Source: an uncultured Chloroflexia bacterium (lineage in GTDB: Bacteria > Chloroflexota > Limnocylindria > Limnocylindrales > CSP1-4). Taken from it: a stretch of 64,000 nt of DNA. Numbering within the stretch: the stretch's first letter is position 1; each line of letters opens with the position of its first letter. The stretch lies in contig CAWAKU010000003.1 of the NCBI GenBank assembly GCA_963782715.1, forward strand, positions 3,259 to 67,258, in the 5' to 3' direction. The notes beneath the pieces are model-generated. The model was not told the DNA's origin. It saw only the letters and a list, made by a program, of their open reading frames with translations, and did not search any database. The translations under genes were made by a program, and so were the position numbers. Below, in pieces: positions 1 through 8,599 of the stretch.

Positions 1-151
1 CGGCCCGCAACTCCTCGGTCAGGACGGCGACCTCAACTCGTTCGTCAATGCGTTCCTCAACGACACCGACATCCGTCACCTCCAGGGGCTGGACACGCCC
101 GTGACGGACCGCGATACGCTCTCCCTGCTGCCGGCGATGGCGGGCGGCTAA
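1..151 (+). CDS. MoaD/ThiS/CysO-family sulfur-carrier protein, C-terminal fragment (5' end outside window)
   Basis: Frame 2 translates to ...FLNDTDIRHLQGLDTPVTDRDTLSLLPAMAGG, ending in Gly-Gly directly before TAA at 149-151. This C-terminus is typical of ubiquitin-fold sulfur carriers. It is absent from the ORF track because its start lies outside the window. Confidence 0.5.
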   Translation, partial: GPQLLGQDGDLNSFVNAFLNDTDIRHLQGLDTPVTDRDTLSLLPAMAGG

Positions 152-1299
152 GCCTCGTCGAGCGCGCGCTGCAGGTCGGCCAGCAGGTCGTCGATCCCCT
201 CGATCCCGACCGACAGGCGGACGAGCGCCGGGTCCACTTCGAGCGGCGAACCGGCCACCGACATGTGGGTCATCGCAGCCGGGATCTCGATCAGGGATTC
301 GACGCCACCGAGCGATTCGGCCAGCGTGAACAGGCGCGTGCCCTCGGCGATCGCCGTGGCCCGGTCCACCGCGTTCCGTCCCGACGACCCGCCGGCGGCC
401 GGGATGAACGACACCATCCCGCCGAACCCCGGGTACCGCACGTCCGCGACATCGGGCCGGGTGCGAAGCCATGCCGCGACGGCGGCCGCGTTGGCACCGT
501 GTCGCTCCATGCGCAGGTGGAGGGTGCGCAGGCCACGCAGGACGAGGAAGCAGTCCAGCGGTCCCGGCACCGCACCCATCGCGTTCTGCAGGAAGCGCAG
601 GCGCTCTGCGACCGCCGCGTCCGAGGTGACCGCCACGCCGAGGATCGTGTCGGAGTGGCCGGCCAGGTACTTGGTGGCCGAGTGGAAGACGATGTCCGCC
701 CCATGCTGGAGCGGCCGCTGGATGGCCGGCGAGGCGAACGTGTTGTCGACCACGATCAGTGGCCGCCGCCCGCCTTCCTCGGCTCGCCGCCCGACCGTCG
801 CCGCGACCGCGTCGATGTCGGTGACCTTGAGCAGCGGGTTCGATGGCGTCTCGAACCAGACCAGCCGCGTCCGCTCGGTCAGGGTCTCCCACAGGACATC
901 CGGCCCCGACGCAAGGTCGACGTAGATCGAATCGACGCCGGCCCCCCGCCGCACCCGTTCGAGGTAGCGAAAGGTCCCGCCGTAGACGTCATTGCCGACC
1001 ACGATCTCGTCACCGGGGGCCGCCAGTTCGGCGATCGCCGCCGTGGCCGCCGAGCCCGACGCGAAGGCGATCCCGTGTTCCCCGCCCTCAAGCGCCGCGA
1101 CCGCGCGCTCGAGGCGCTCGCGGGTCGGGTTCTGCGAGCGGGCGTATTCGTAACCGCGACGCGGCCGGCCGACGCCGTCCTGGGCGAAGGTCGAGGTCTG
1201 GTAGATGGGCGGAGAGACGGCCCCGGTGAGATCGTCGGGTTCGGCGCCGGCGTGGACGGCCAGCGTGTCGAAGCTGGGCTCGCGGTCGTGGTCGGTCAT
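148..1299 (-). CDS. cystathionine gamma-lyase / gamma-synthase family PLP enzyme
   Basis: Translation from the internal ATG at 1299 (MTDHDREPSFDTLAVHAG...) gives 383 aa. The PLP-lysine motif HSATKYLAGHSD is present. The N-terminal 116 aa of ORF 148..1647 are Arg-rich out-of-gene read-through. Confidence 0.9.
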   Translation of the reverse strand: MTDHDREPSFDTLAVHAGAEPDDLTGAVSPPIYQTSTFAQDGVGRPRRGYEYARSQNPTRERLERAVAALEGGEHGIAFASGSAATAAIAELAAPGDEIVVGNDVYGGTFRYLERVRRGAGVDSIYVDLASGPDVLWETLTERTRLVWFETPSNPLLKVTDIDAVAATVGRRAEEGGRRPLIVVDNTFASPAIQRPLQHGADIVFHSATKYLAGHSDTILGVAVTSDAAVAERLRFLQNAMGAVPGPLDCFLVLRGLRTLHLRMERHGANAAAVAAWLRTRPDVADVRYPGFGGMVSFIPAAGGSSGRNAVDRATAIAEGTRLFTLAESLGGVESLIEIPAAMTHMSVAGSPLEVDPALVRLSVGIEGIDDLLADLQRALDEA

Positions 1300-1847
1300 G
1301 CGTCGGTCGCCGGTGGCCAGCCGTCGAGCTCGAAGACCAGCTCGACCCCGTCGATGTCGTCGATCTGGACGCCGGTCTGGCGGAAGCCGAGGCTCGTGAC
1401 GATGGCCAGCGATGGGACGTTGTCGGGCGACACCGACGCGCGGAAGCGGTCGACACCCCGGGCATGCGCCCAATCGAACAGCGCGCGCACGACCTCGGAC
1501 GCGACGCCCTGCCGCCGCCACGAGGGCTCGACCCGGTAGCCGACCTCGACCCGCCCATCGGGCTCCGGCGGCGAGTGGAAGCCGCACGAGCCGATGATCC
1601 GGTCTGTGCCGTCGTCCTCGGTCAGCACGATCGCCCGGCCGAGCCACGCCTGGGCGTCCGGATCGAGCGACAGGTCGGCGATGCGGAACTGGAGGAAGTG
1701 ATCGAGCGTGTCGGGCAGGTCGACCGGGACGATCGCACCGATCTCGGCCTGGGCGGTGGCGAGATCGCGTGCCACCAGGGCGTGCATGAACGCGAGCGAC
1801 ATCGAGCGGAGCTCGAACCTCGGGGTCGGGATGGGCGGGACGTCCAT
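1296..1847 (-). CDS. GNAT family N-acetyltransferase
   Basis: The C-terminal 183 aa of ORF 1296..2450 (MDVPPIPTPRFELR...) contain an acetyl-CoA motif region, RRQGVASEVVRALFDWA. The ATG at 1847 overlaps the cbs stop (ATGA), and its own stop overlaps the next start. Confidence 0.8.
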   Translation of the reverse strand: MDVPPIPTPRFELRSMSLAFMHALVARDLATAQAEIGAIVPVDLPDTLDHFLQFRIADLSLDPDAQAWLGRAIVLTEDDGTDRIIGSCGFHSPPEPDGRVEVGYRVEPSWRRQGVASEVVRALFDWAHARGVDRFRASVSPDNVPSLAIVTSLGFRQTGVQIDDIDGVELVFELDGWPPATDA

Positions 1848-3268
1848 CAGCCGTGGCCGTCCGGGCGGTGGGCGAGATACTCGAGGACGTCGGTCCTCGT
1901 CACGATGCCCACCGGACGCCCGCCGCCGGTCGCGATGACCGCCGAGGCGTCGCCCGACAGCAGCACGACGGCCTGGTCGAGGACTGCGTCGACATCGACC
2001 ATCGGCAGCGGTCGATCCATCATCTCGCCGACGGTCCGATCGACGATCGAGGGATCTCGGAACGCCCGGTCGAGGAGACCCTTCTCCGAGATGGAGCCAA
2101 CGATGCCCTCGATCGCGTCGCCGTCGGGCTGCTCGGACACCGGGAGCTGGCTGACGCCGTAGCTCTGGAGGATCTCGACCGCGTCGCCGACCCGTTGCGT
2201 GGTCCGGGCAAGGATGAGCGAGGGCAGCGGACCCGCGTGATGGCGTTGGCGGAGCAGGTCGCCGATCCGGACGACGGCACCGGTCGTCGCAAGCAGGCCA
2301 TTCACCCGCATCCATTCGTCGTTGTAGATCTTGGACAGGTAGCTTCGGCCGCTGTCCGGCAGGAGGACGACGACGACCGCCTCGTGACCGTCTGGCGCGG
2401 CGGTCAGATCGTGGACGACCTCGCGGGCGGCGACCATCGCCGTGCCGCACGAGCCGCCGGACAGGATCCCCTCCTCGCGGGTCAGCCGGCGCGCCATCGC
2501 GAACGCGTCACGGTCGCTGACGCGGACCCAGCGATCGATGACGCCTGGGTCGTACGTGCCCGGGAAGAAATCCTCCCCCACCCCCTCGGTCAGGTACGGT
2601 CGCGCCGTATCGCCCGACAGCACGCTGCCCTCCGGGTCCGCGCCGATCACCTGGATCGCAGGGTTGCGTGCCTTGAGCACGCGGGCCGCACCGCTGATCG
2701 TCCCGCCCGTCCCGACGCTCGCCACGAAATGGCTGATCCGCCCGTCGGTCTGGTCCCACAGCTCCGGGCCGGTCGTCCGCTCATGGGCGGCCGGGTTCTC
2801 GGCGTTCCAGTACTGGTCGGGCTTGAACGCACCCGGGATATCGCGGGCCAGCCGCGCGGCCACCGAGTAGTAGCTCTCGGGCAATTCGGGCGCGACGTTG
2901 GTCGGGCAGAGGACGACCTCCGCGCCGTATGCGCGCAGGAGCTGCTGCTTCTCCGACGATTGCTTGTCGGCCATCACGAAGATGCAGCGATAGCCCTTGA
3001 GCGCGGCGGCGATGGCCAGGCCATGGCCGGTGTTGCCCGACGTCGGCTCGATGATCGTGCCGCCCGGCCGCAGCAGGCCGTCGCGCTCGGCGGCCTCGAT
3101 CATCGGCAGGCCGATGCGGTCCTTGACCGACCCACCCGGGTTGAGCATCTCGAGCTTGGCCAGCAGGAGCGGCTGGCGCTCGCGCGGCCCGAGGTCGCCG
3201 GTCAGTCGCGAGATCCGGACGAGCGGTGTGTGCCCGACCAGATCGAGGATGGACTCGGCGTACTGCAT
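1847..3268 (-). CDS. cbs: cystathionine beta-synthase (PLP domain plus C-terminal CBS pair)
   Basis: 473 aa. It has GGSVKDR and SGNTG PLP-fold motifs. The C-terminal ~120 aa form a tandem CBS domain. Confidence 0.9.
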   Translation of the reverse strand: MQYAESILDLVGHTPLVRISRLTGDLGPRERQPLLLAKLEMLNPGGSVKDRIGLPMIEAAERDGLLRPGGTIIEPTSGNTGHGLAIAAALKGYRCIFVMADKQSSEKQQLLRAYGAEVVLCPTNVAPELPESYYSVAARLARDIPGAFKPDQYWNAENPAAHERTTGPELWDQTDGRISHFVASVGTGGTISGAARVLKARNPAIQVIGADPEGSVLSGDTARPYLTEGVGEDFFPGTYDPGVIDRWVRVSDRDAFAMARRLTREEGILSGGSCGTAMVAAREVVHDLTAAPDGHEAVVVVLLPDSGRSYLSKIYNDEWMRVNGLLATTGAVVRIGDLLRQRHHAGPLPSLILARTTQRVGDAVEILQSYGVSQLPVSEQPDGDAIEGIVGSISEKGLLDRAFRDPSIVDRTVGEMMDRPLPMVDVDAVLDQAVVLLSGDASAVIATGGGRPVGIVTRTDVLEYLAHRPDGHG

Positions 3269-3276
3269 CGCGGCCG

Positions 3277-3282
3277 AGTATA
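3277..3282 (-). promoter_or_regulatory. possible -10 element (TATACT) for a leaderless or short-leader cbs transcript
   Basis: The minus strand reads cgTATACTcggccgcgATG, placing the hexamer 8 nt upstream of the cbs ATG. This spacing is typical of leaderless actinobacterial mRNAs. Confidence 0.3.
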
Positions 3283-3304
3283 CGGGCGCGCCGAGCCGCG
3301 GCCC

Positions 3305-3475
3305 GCGTCGTCAGCATCGCCGCGAGTGCCTCGCTCGTGGGCCGCGCCAGGTCGCGTCCTTCGCGTGAACCTTCCGCGAGAATCGGGGCGCCGGGTGCCA
3401 GTGACCCCAAGGATCCCGCCAGTTGCTCGTCACGCGAGCGCTGGTCACCGATACGGAGGATCCTGGCGCACCCGA
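3305..3475 (-). pseudogene. relic of the 3' end of a third PlsC-type acyltransferase paralogue
   Basis: The minus-strand translation ARILRIGDQRSRDEQLAGSLGSLAPGAPILAEGSREGRDLARPTSEALAAML aligns with the C-terminus of the 4400..5287 protein (SRILPVTSARALAGLEPGAPVPAEGSREELDLARHMSEVLAALL). The DNA is also visibly similar (cgccaggtc...ttcgcgtgaaccttccgcg against cgccaggtc...ttcacgcgaaccctccgcg). Confidence 0.45.
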
Positions 3476-3609
3476 CAGACCAGGCCACGCTCGGTCGACG
3501 CCTCGCCCAGGCCCGCATCCCGCCAAACGAGCCCTCTGCCGAGCATTCGTCAGGTATCGCCTGAAGAACGCTCCGGTGGTGAGCAGTCGTCGCGACAGGC
3601 GCCAGGCCC

Positions 3610-4407
3610 TCAACGCCAGGCGGTCGTCAGCCAGCTCCAGCGCTTGCGGATGCCGGGTGGCGGCAGCGAGGCGAGGTGCGCGCGTTCAACGGGACCGGCC
3701 GTCCGCTCGTGCAGGGCCGCAGTCACCCGATGTGCGACCCGCCGCTCCGCCGATGACCAGGGTTCGGGCGCCCGGGACTCCGGCGGCACCGCCGCGAGGT
3801 CCTGCCACGTCACAGGCGCCAGGACCTCCAGGCGGAGCCGCCGGCCCCTGAACAGCTCGTCGGTCCCACCCAGCACGAGTGGCACGATCGGTGCGCCCGT
3901 GCGAAGCGCGAAGTAGGCCAGGCCCGAACCGAACGGACGAGCCGTCCCGGGCGGTGTCGCGACCCCCGTTTCCGGGAAGAGGCACAGCACCGCTCCCGCG
4001 TCCAGCGCCACGGTCGCCGCCGCGAGGTATCCCTCGATCGACCTCCGGTCACCGGCCGGCCAGATGGGGATGACCCCGCCGACCCGTCCGACCAGCCACC
4101 GCCGCCACGACGAGCGGAAGATCGCCCGGCCGTCGCCGAAGAAGACGAGTCGCGGCTCGACCGGGAGCACGTCTGCGACCACGAACGGATCCACCCAGGT
4201 CCGATGGGGCAATCCGGCCGCGATCCAGCCACCGACCGGCCGGCCTGCCGCATCGCGAGGCAGGTGTGCCCGGCCACGGACCTCGACCTGGAACCCGAAG
4301 ATGCCGCGCCCGATCACATGAGTCGTCGCGAGGATGACCCGGTAGGTCTGCGACGCTCGTGGGCTCGCCGTCCCGATCAATCCGGCCGGTCGCGGCCCAT
4401 CAGGCAT
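3610..4407 (-). CDS. 1-acyl-sn-glycerol-3-phosphate (lysophospholipid) acyltransferase family protein
   Basis: 265 aa. It has the H-x4-D acyltransferase motif (HRTWVD) and a downstream FPEtG-like block (LFPETG). Confidence 0.8.
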   Translation of the reverse strand: MPDGPRPAGLIGTASPRASQTYRVILATTHVIGRGIFGFQVEVRGRAHLPRDAAGRPVGGWIAAGLPHRTWVDPFVVADVLPVEPRLVFFGDGRAIFRSSWRRWLVGRVGGVIPIWPAGDRRSIEGYLAAATVALDAGAVLCLFPETGVATPPGTARPFGSGLAYFALRTGAPIVPLVLGGTDELFRGRRLRLEVLAPVTWQDLAAVPPESRAPEPWSSAERRVAHRVTAALHERTAGPVERAHLASLPPPGIRKRWSWLTTAWR

Positions 4408-5287
4408 CCCGGTCCAGCCGTCCGCGCCGCAGCAGCAGCCACGTCAGCCGATCCCGGCCTCGTCGCTGATGCCCAGGCGGATCGACCGTCCCCGCGTAGA
4501 TATCCTCGACCACGGGGCCGAGCAGCGCCGCGAGCACCTCGCTCATGTGCCGCGCCAGGTCCAGCTCTTCACGCGAACCCTCCGCGGGGACCGGAGCGCC
4601 CGGCTCCAACCCCGCCAGTGCCCGGGCCGAAGTGACCGGCAGGATCCGCGACGCGAGGCGGCGGCCGATGTACAGCTCCTCGGTCCCGGCAATGGCGAGC
4701 GGCACGATCGGCGCATCCACCCGCAGGGCGATGACCGCCCAGCCGGTCCGGAACTGGCCGACGCGCCCGGACGGGCCGCTCACCGTGCCCTCCGGCATCT
4801 GTGCGAAGACGGCCCCGTTGGCGATGACCGCGCGGGCCGAGGCGATGTGCTGCTCGATGCCGATGCCGCCGCGCCACACCGGCAGCAATCCACCGACCCG
4901 ATGGATGAGGCTCTCGCGCCAGCGCGAGGTGAAGGTCGACGGAGCGCTGCCGAGGAACCACGCCCGCGGCTGCGGTGGGATGGCGTGCATGACCATGAAC
5001 GGATCCATCCAGCCGCGGTGCGCGGCTGCGACGAGGAAGTAGCCGCCCGACGGCAGATGTTCCTGGCCCGACGTCCGGATGTGGAACCGGAAGATGACGA
5101 AGATGACGAACCGGGCCACGAGCCGAAGGAAACGGTAGAGCAGCGACGCCTTCGCCTCCGGTGGACGACCTAGCCATGCAAGTCCTTCGACCGCGCCGCC
5201 CCGCTGGGCTGCAAGGGCCTCCGGCGAGATGCGTCCGGGCGGCAACCGACGGCGTGCGGGCCGACGGGGCTCGTCCGGTGTCGTCAC
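4400..5287 (-). CDS. 1-acyl-sn-glycerol-3-phosphate (lysophospholipid) acyltransferase family protein
   Basis: 295 aa. It has the H-x4-D motif (HRGWMD) and a MPEGT block. Its start overlaps the lgt stop by 4 nt, and its stop overlaps the next gene's start by 8 nt. Confidence 0.8.
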   Translation of the reverse strand: MTTPDEPRRPARRRLPPGRISPEALAAQRGGAVEGLAWLGRPPEAKASLLYRFLRLVARFVIFVIFRFHIRTSGQEHLPSGGYFLVAAAHRGWMDPFMVMHAIPPQPRAWFLGSAPSTFTSRWRESLIHRVGGLLPVWRGGIGIEQHIASARAVIANGAVFAQMPEGTVSGPSGRVGQFRTGWAVIALRVDAPIVPLAIAGTEELYIGRRLASRILPVTSARALAGLEPGAPVPAEGSREELDLARHMSEVLAALLGPVVEDIYAGTVDPPGHQRRGRDRLTWLLLRRGRLDRDA

Positions 5288-6339
5288 CTCAGGTCGAGGT
5301 CGGGCCTCTGGCCGACGTCGACCGTGTCGTCGGCAGTCGGGATCGTGCCGGCCGGGTGCTCGTCCTCGGTCAGGGCGGTGTCGTCACCGTCGTCTTCCTC
5401 GCCGTCATCGTCGTCGTCGAATCCGTCATCGTCATCGAATTCGTCATCGTCATCGAGTTCATCCGGATCGGGCAGGCGCCCGATGGCGCCCCAGGTCGCG
5501 ACCTTCGGGCGAGACGGCGGATCGTCGGTCGCGTGCCCGGCGCGATGCCGCCAGGCCAGCATCACCAGCGACGCCACGATGAACACGGCCGACACGATCT
5601 GGGCGGTCGGCACCCCGAAGAAGGTCCAGTTGCCCTCGCGGAACGTCTCAAGGACGAACCGCACGATGCCATACCAGACGAAGAAGACCAGCAGCAGGTC
5701 ACCCGGGCGAAGCCGCTTGCGCATGTGATATCCGAGCCAGATGAGCACCGCCGCACCGATCGCGCCAGAGATCGACTCGTACAGGAACAGGGGATGGAAC
5801 CTGGTCGACTCCGGCAGGACCGCGCATGAATAGTCGAACGTCGTGCCGACGATCCGATGGGCGCAATCGATCGGGATGCCCCACGGCAGGGTCGTCGGCG
5901 AGCCGTACAGCTCCTGGTTGAAGAAGTTCCCCCAGCGCGCGATCGCCTGCATCACGAACAGGCCGGGCGCGATGATGTCCGCCCAGCGCAGGAACGGGAC
6001 GCCCTTGTAGCGGGCGTAGGCGAACGCCGCGATCGTCCCGGTCACGATCCCGCCGTAGACCCCGAGCCCGGAGTACGGCGGCAGGATGATCTTGATCAGG
6101 TCGTTCTGATAGAGCGCCCACTGGTCGATGACGTGGTAGGCCCGCCCGCCGATGAGCGCCGCCACGGCCACGATGATCATCCCGTTGCCGAGGATGTCGG
6201 GGTCCTCGCCTGCCCGCGCGGCAAGGCGGACCATGACCAGGTAGGCGGCGGCAAGCCCCAGCGCGTAGCCGATGCCGTACCAGTAGACCGGCAGCGGGCC
6301 GAGCTGGATGGCGATCGGATCCGGCATGAAATCGAGCAT
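5284..6339 (-). CDS. lgt: prolipoprotein diacylglyceryl transferase with a long acidic C-terminal tail
   Basis: 351 aa. The Lgt-typical N-terminus reads IQLGPLPVYWYGIGYALG, and the protein has multiple TM segments and the block ARWGNFFNQELYG. The tail reads DELDDDDEFDDDDGFDDDDDGEEDDGDD. Confidence 0.9.
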   Translation of the reverse strand: MLDFMPDPIAIQLGPLPVYWYGIGYALGLAAAYLVMVRLAARAGEDPDILGNGMIIVAVAALIGGRAYHVIDQWALYQNDLIKIILPPYSGLGVYGGIVTGTIAAFAYARYKGVPFLRWADIIAPGLFVMQAIARWGNFFNQELYGSPTTLPWGIPIDCAHRIVGTTFDYSCAVLPESTRFHPLFLYESISGAIGAAVLIWLGYHMRKRLRPGDLLLVFFVWYGIVRFVLETFREGNWTFFGVPTAQIVSAVFIVASLVMLAWRHRAGHATDDPPSRPKVATWGAIGRLPDPDELDDDDEFDDDDGFDDDDDGEEDDGDDTALTEDEHPAGTIPTADDTVDVGQRPDLDLR

Positions 6340-6380
6340 CCGCGGAGTGTAACGGCGCGGCTCCGTATACTTCGCCGCGA

Positions 6381-6686
6381 GTGAATGCTGAGTTCAATGT
6401 CTGGCTGCTCATCGTCGGGCTCGTCGTCGGGGCCGGGCTGGTCTGGCTCGTCATCATGGATTCGCGTCGGCGCGAATCGGAGGTCGACGCAGTGGAGCGC
6501 CCGCTCGAGGCAGCCTGGCTGTCAGCGGTCCTGGGTGAGGACGGCTTTGACGTCAGCCCCGAGGTCGCCGAACGGCTGCTGGTCCTTCACCGTGCCTATC
6601 TCGAGGCCCCGCCGCCGGACGGCGCGATGGGCGGCGGATCACTCGCTGCTGACGAGGACCGGTTCGGCGTCGAGCGAGGTGGCTGA
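6381..6686 (+). CDS. small membrane protein, function unknown
   Basis: GTG start. It has one N-terminal TM helix (VWLLIVGLVVGAGLVWLVIM). I recognise no family. The 3' end overlaps the convergent anti-sigma gene by ~48 nt. Confidence 0.45.
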   Translation: MNAEFNVWLLIVGLVVGAGLVWLVIMDSRRRESEVDAVERPLEAAWLSAVLGEDGFDVSPEVAERLLVLHRAYLEAPPPDGAMGGGSLAADEDRFGVERGG

Positions 6687-7513
6687 GATCGCCACGAGCG
6701 AGATGCCGAAGGTGCTGGCACTTGACGCGCCCGCGATGGCCGGGACGGGGCCGCCCCAGTAGGCCAGGTCGTCGCTGAAGAACATCCGGCCGATGCGCTG
6801 ACGCGTCCCGCCGATCTCGACCCAGCAGCGGTATTCGTAGCCGGCCGCCGGCTTCGTCAGGTCGGACGTGGTGATGACGAGCTCGGTCGAAGACGGCGAA
6901 TAGACCAGCGACGCGTCGAGGGTGGGGTCGCTCACCCCGGCGAGCTGGACGTGCTCGGCGTCCGGTTCAGCGGACACCTCCATGGACATCGTGCTGACGT
7001 CCTCGAGGGCGGCGATCGTCTGCTTCTGCTGGGCGAGCTGGTCGTCCACCCGCGACCCGACGACCAGCGAGGTCGTGACCACGGACAGGACGATGGCCGC
7101 CGCGATGGTCACGATCATCGGGACGAGAGGACGGCCGCGACCCCGGCCGCCGGCCGTCGCCGGCGTCGCATCGGCAGCGGTCCCCTCCCCGGCCGATGAC
7201 GACCCGGCGAGGGGCATGACCGCGATCGGAGGGCGGCGGCGGCGGCGACGGCGAACGGTCGCTGGACGCCTTCCGTCCTGATCGTCGCGAGCGTCCGAGC
7301 CTTGAGGTCCGGCGGCGGCATCTCGCTCAGGCCGGATCGGATGACCGCGGACGATCGGCGCAGACGGACGAGTTCGTCCGTGCAGCTGTCGCAGCCGGCC
7401 AGATGCCCGGCCACGGCCTGGGCGACAGGCGTGTCGCCGGCCACGAGCCGGTCGAGCCCGCCCGGCTCCAGTGCCGCGAGCTCCAGCTGTTCGCGCGCCT
7501 CGTCGTGGTCCAT
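6639..7513 (-). pseudogene. zinc-binding (ZAS) anti-sigma factor with TM helix and RskA-like extracytoplasmic domain, split across two frames
   Basis: ORF 7115..7513 carries H-x3-C-x2-C (HLAGCDSC). ORF 6639..7217 lies in another frame and carries the TM helix (LVPMIVTIAAAIVLSVVTTSLVV) and the outer domain. The frames meet at a GCC-repeat tract around 7225-7250. The 875-nt span is not a multiple of 3. Confidence 0.65.
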
Positions 7514-7520
7514 CGTGTCC

Positions 7521-8198
7521 TTATCGATCCTCGCCGCCGGGAACCGGCATCACTGCATCCTCGTGCACCGGGCCGAACTCCCCGCCCAGGACCTCCCGCA
7601 GGCGGTGGAGCGCCCGACGTGTCCGGGTCTTGACGGTGCCGAGCGGCCAGCCGAGGCGGTCGGCGATCTCGGTCTGCGACAGGTCCTCCTGGTACGCGAG
7701 CAGGATGACCGTCCGCTCATCGTCCGGCATCGCCGCGACGGCGACCCGAAGCGCATCGCGCACGCCGGCCGCCGCCACGGCCTCCTCCGGGTCAGCCGTT
7801 GGGACGGAGCCGGCCACGACCGACCCACGCGCGGCGAGCCGCTCGAGGGTCACCGACGAGTCCTCGTCCGGGGCCGACATCGCGGTCAGGTCCACGAGCG
7901 CCGGCCGCCGACCCGCGGCGCGCAGGCGATCGATCGCCCTGTTCCGCGCGATCGCGTGGAGCCAGGACGCCAGAGAGCCGGTCCGTGGGTCGAATGTCTC
8001 GGCGCGGTTCCACAAGGTGAGGAATGTCTCCTGCACGACTTCCTCGGCGGTCCCCCTGTCGGACGTCAGTCGATAGACGGCGGCGAAGATCGCCGTCGCG
8101 TGACGGTCATAGAGCGTCTCGAGCGCCGCCTCGGATCCCGCCGCCATCTCGAGGACGACGCCGGCATCGTCGGCCGGATCGCGCCGACCGCTCGTCAT
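7521..8198 (-). CDS. ECF-type RNA polymerase sigma factor
   Basis: 225 aa with sigma-70 region 2 (AEEVVQETFLTLW) and region 4 (LSQTEIADRLGWPLGTVKTRTRRAL). It lies 7 nt upstream of the anti-sigma gene. Confidence 0.85.
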   Translation of the reverse strand: MTSGRRDPADDAGVVLEMAAGSEAALETLYDRHATAIFAAVYRLTSDRGTAEEVVQETFLTLWNRAETFDPRTGSLASWLHAIARNRAIDRLRAAGRRPALVDLTAMSAPDEDSSVTLERLAARGSVVAGSVPTADPEEAVAAAGVRDALRVAVAAMPDDERTVILLAYQEDLSQTEIADRLGWPLGTVKTRTRRALHRLREVLGGEFGPVHEDAVMPVPGGEDR

Positions 8199-8273
8199 GG
8201 GATACGCCAGCTCGGGCCCAACGGTTTCCCTCCGACAGGCCGATAGACTACCCCGGCCACGCTCGAACGCCCG

Positions 8274-8588
8274 TCACCACGACCCGGCCGCTCGACGCAC
8301 GACGGCGCCGAACGACCCGGCGGGCCGGTGTGCCTCCAGGCAGGCCACACCGGACGGGCCGACGATCGCGTCATGGATCGTCCCGGCCGGCAGCTCCAGG
8401 CGGTCGCCCTCGGCCAGCTCGACGGCCGGGGCGTCGTCACCGAGACCGAACCGGATCGACCCGCGCTCGACCACGATGACCTTGTCATAGCCGTGGTCGT
8501 GGGCCGCGTAGCGGTCGCCGGGGCCGTTCGACCAGCGGCCCGGGTCGAGCCCCTCGGCGCGGAGCCGCCCAGCGAGATCGGAGGCCAT
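8274..8588 (-). CDS. cupin domain protein
   Basis: 104 aa with a cupin-like His cluster (HDHGYDKVIVVERG ... PAGTIH). Confidence 0.7.
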   Translation of the reverse strand: MASDLAGRLRAEGLDPGRWSNGPGDRYAAHDHGYDKVIVVERGSIRFGLGDDAPAVELAEGDRLELPAGTIHDAIVGPSGVACLEAHRPAGSFGAVVRRAAGSW

Positions 8589-8599
8589 CGCGCCCCGCC

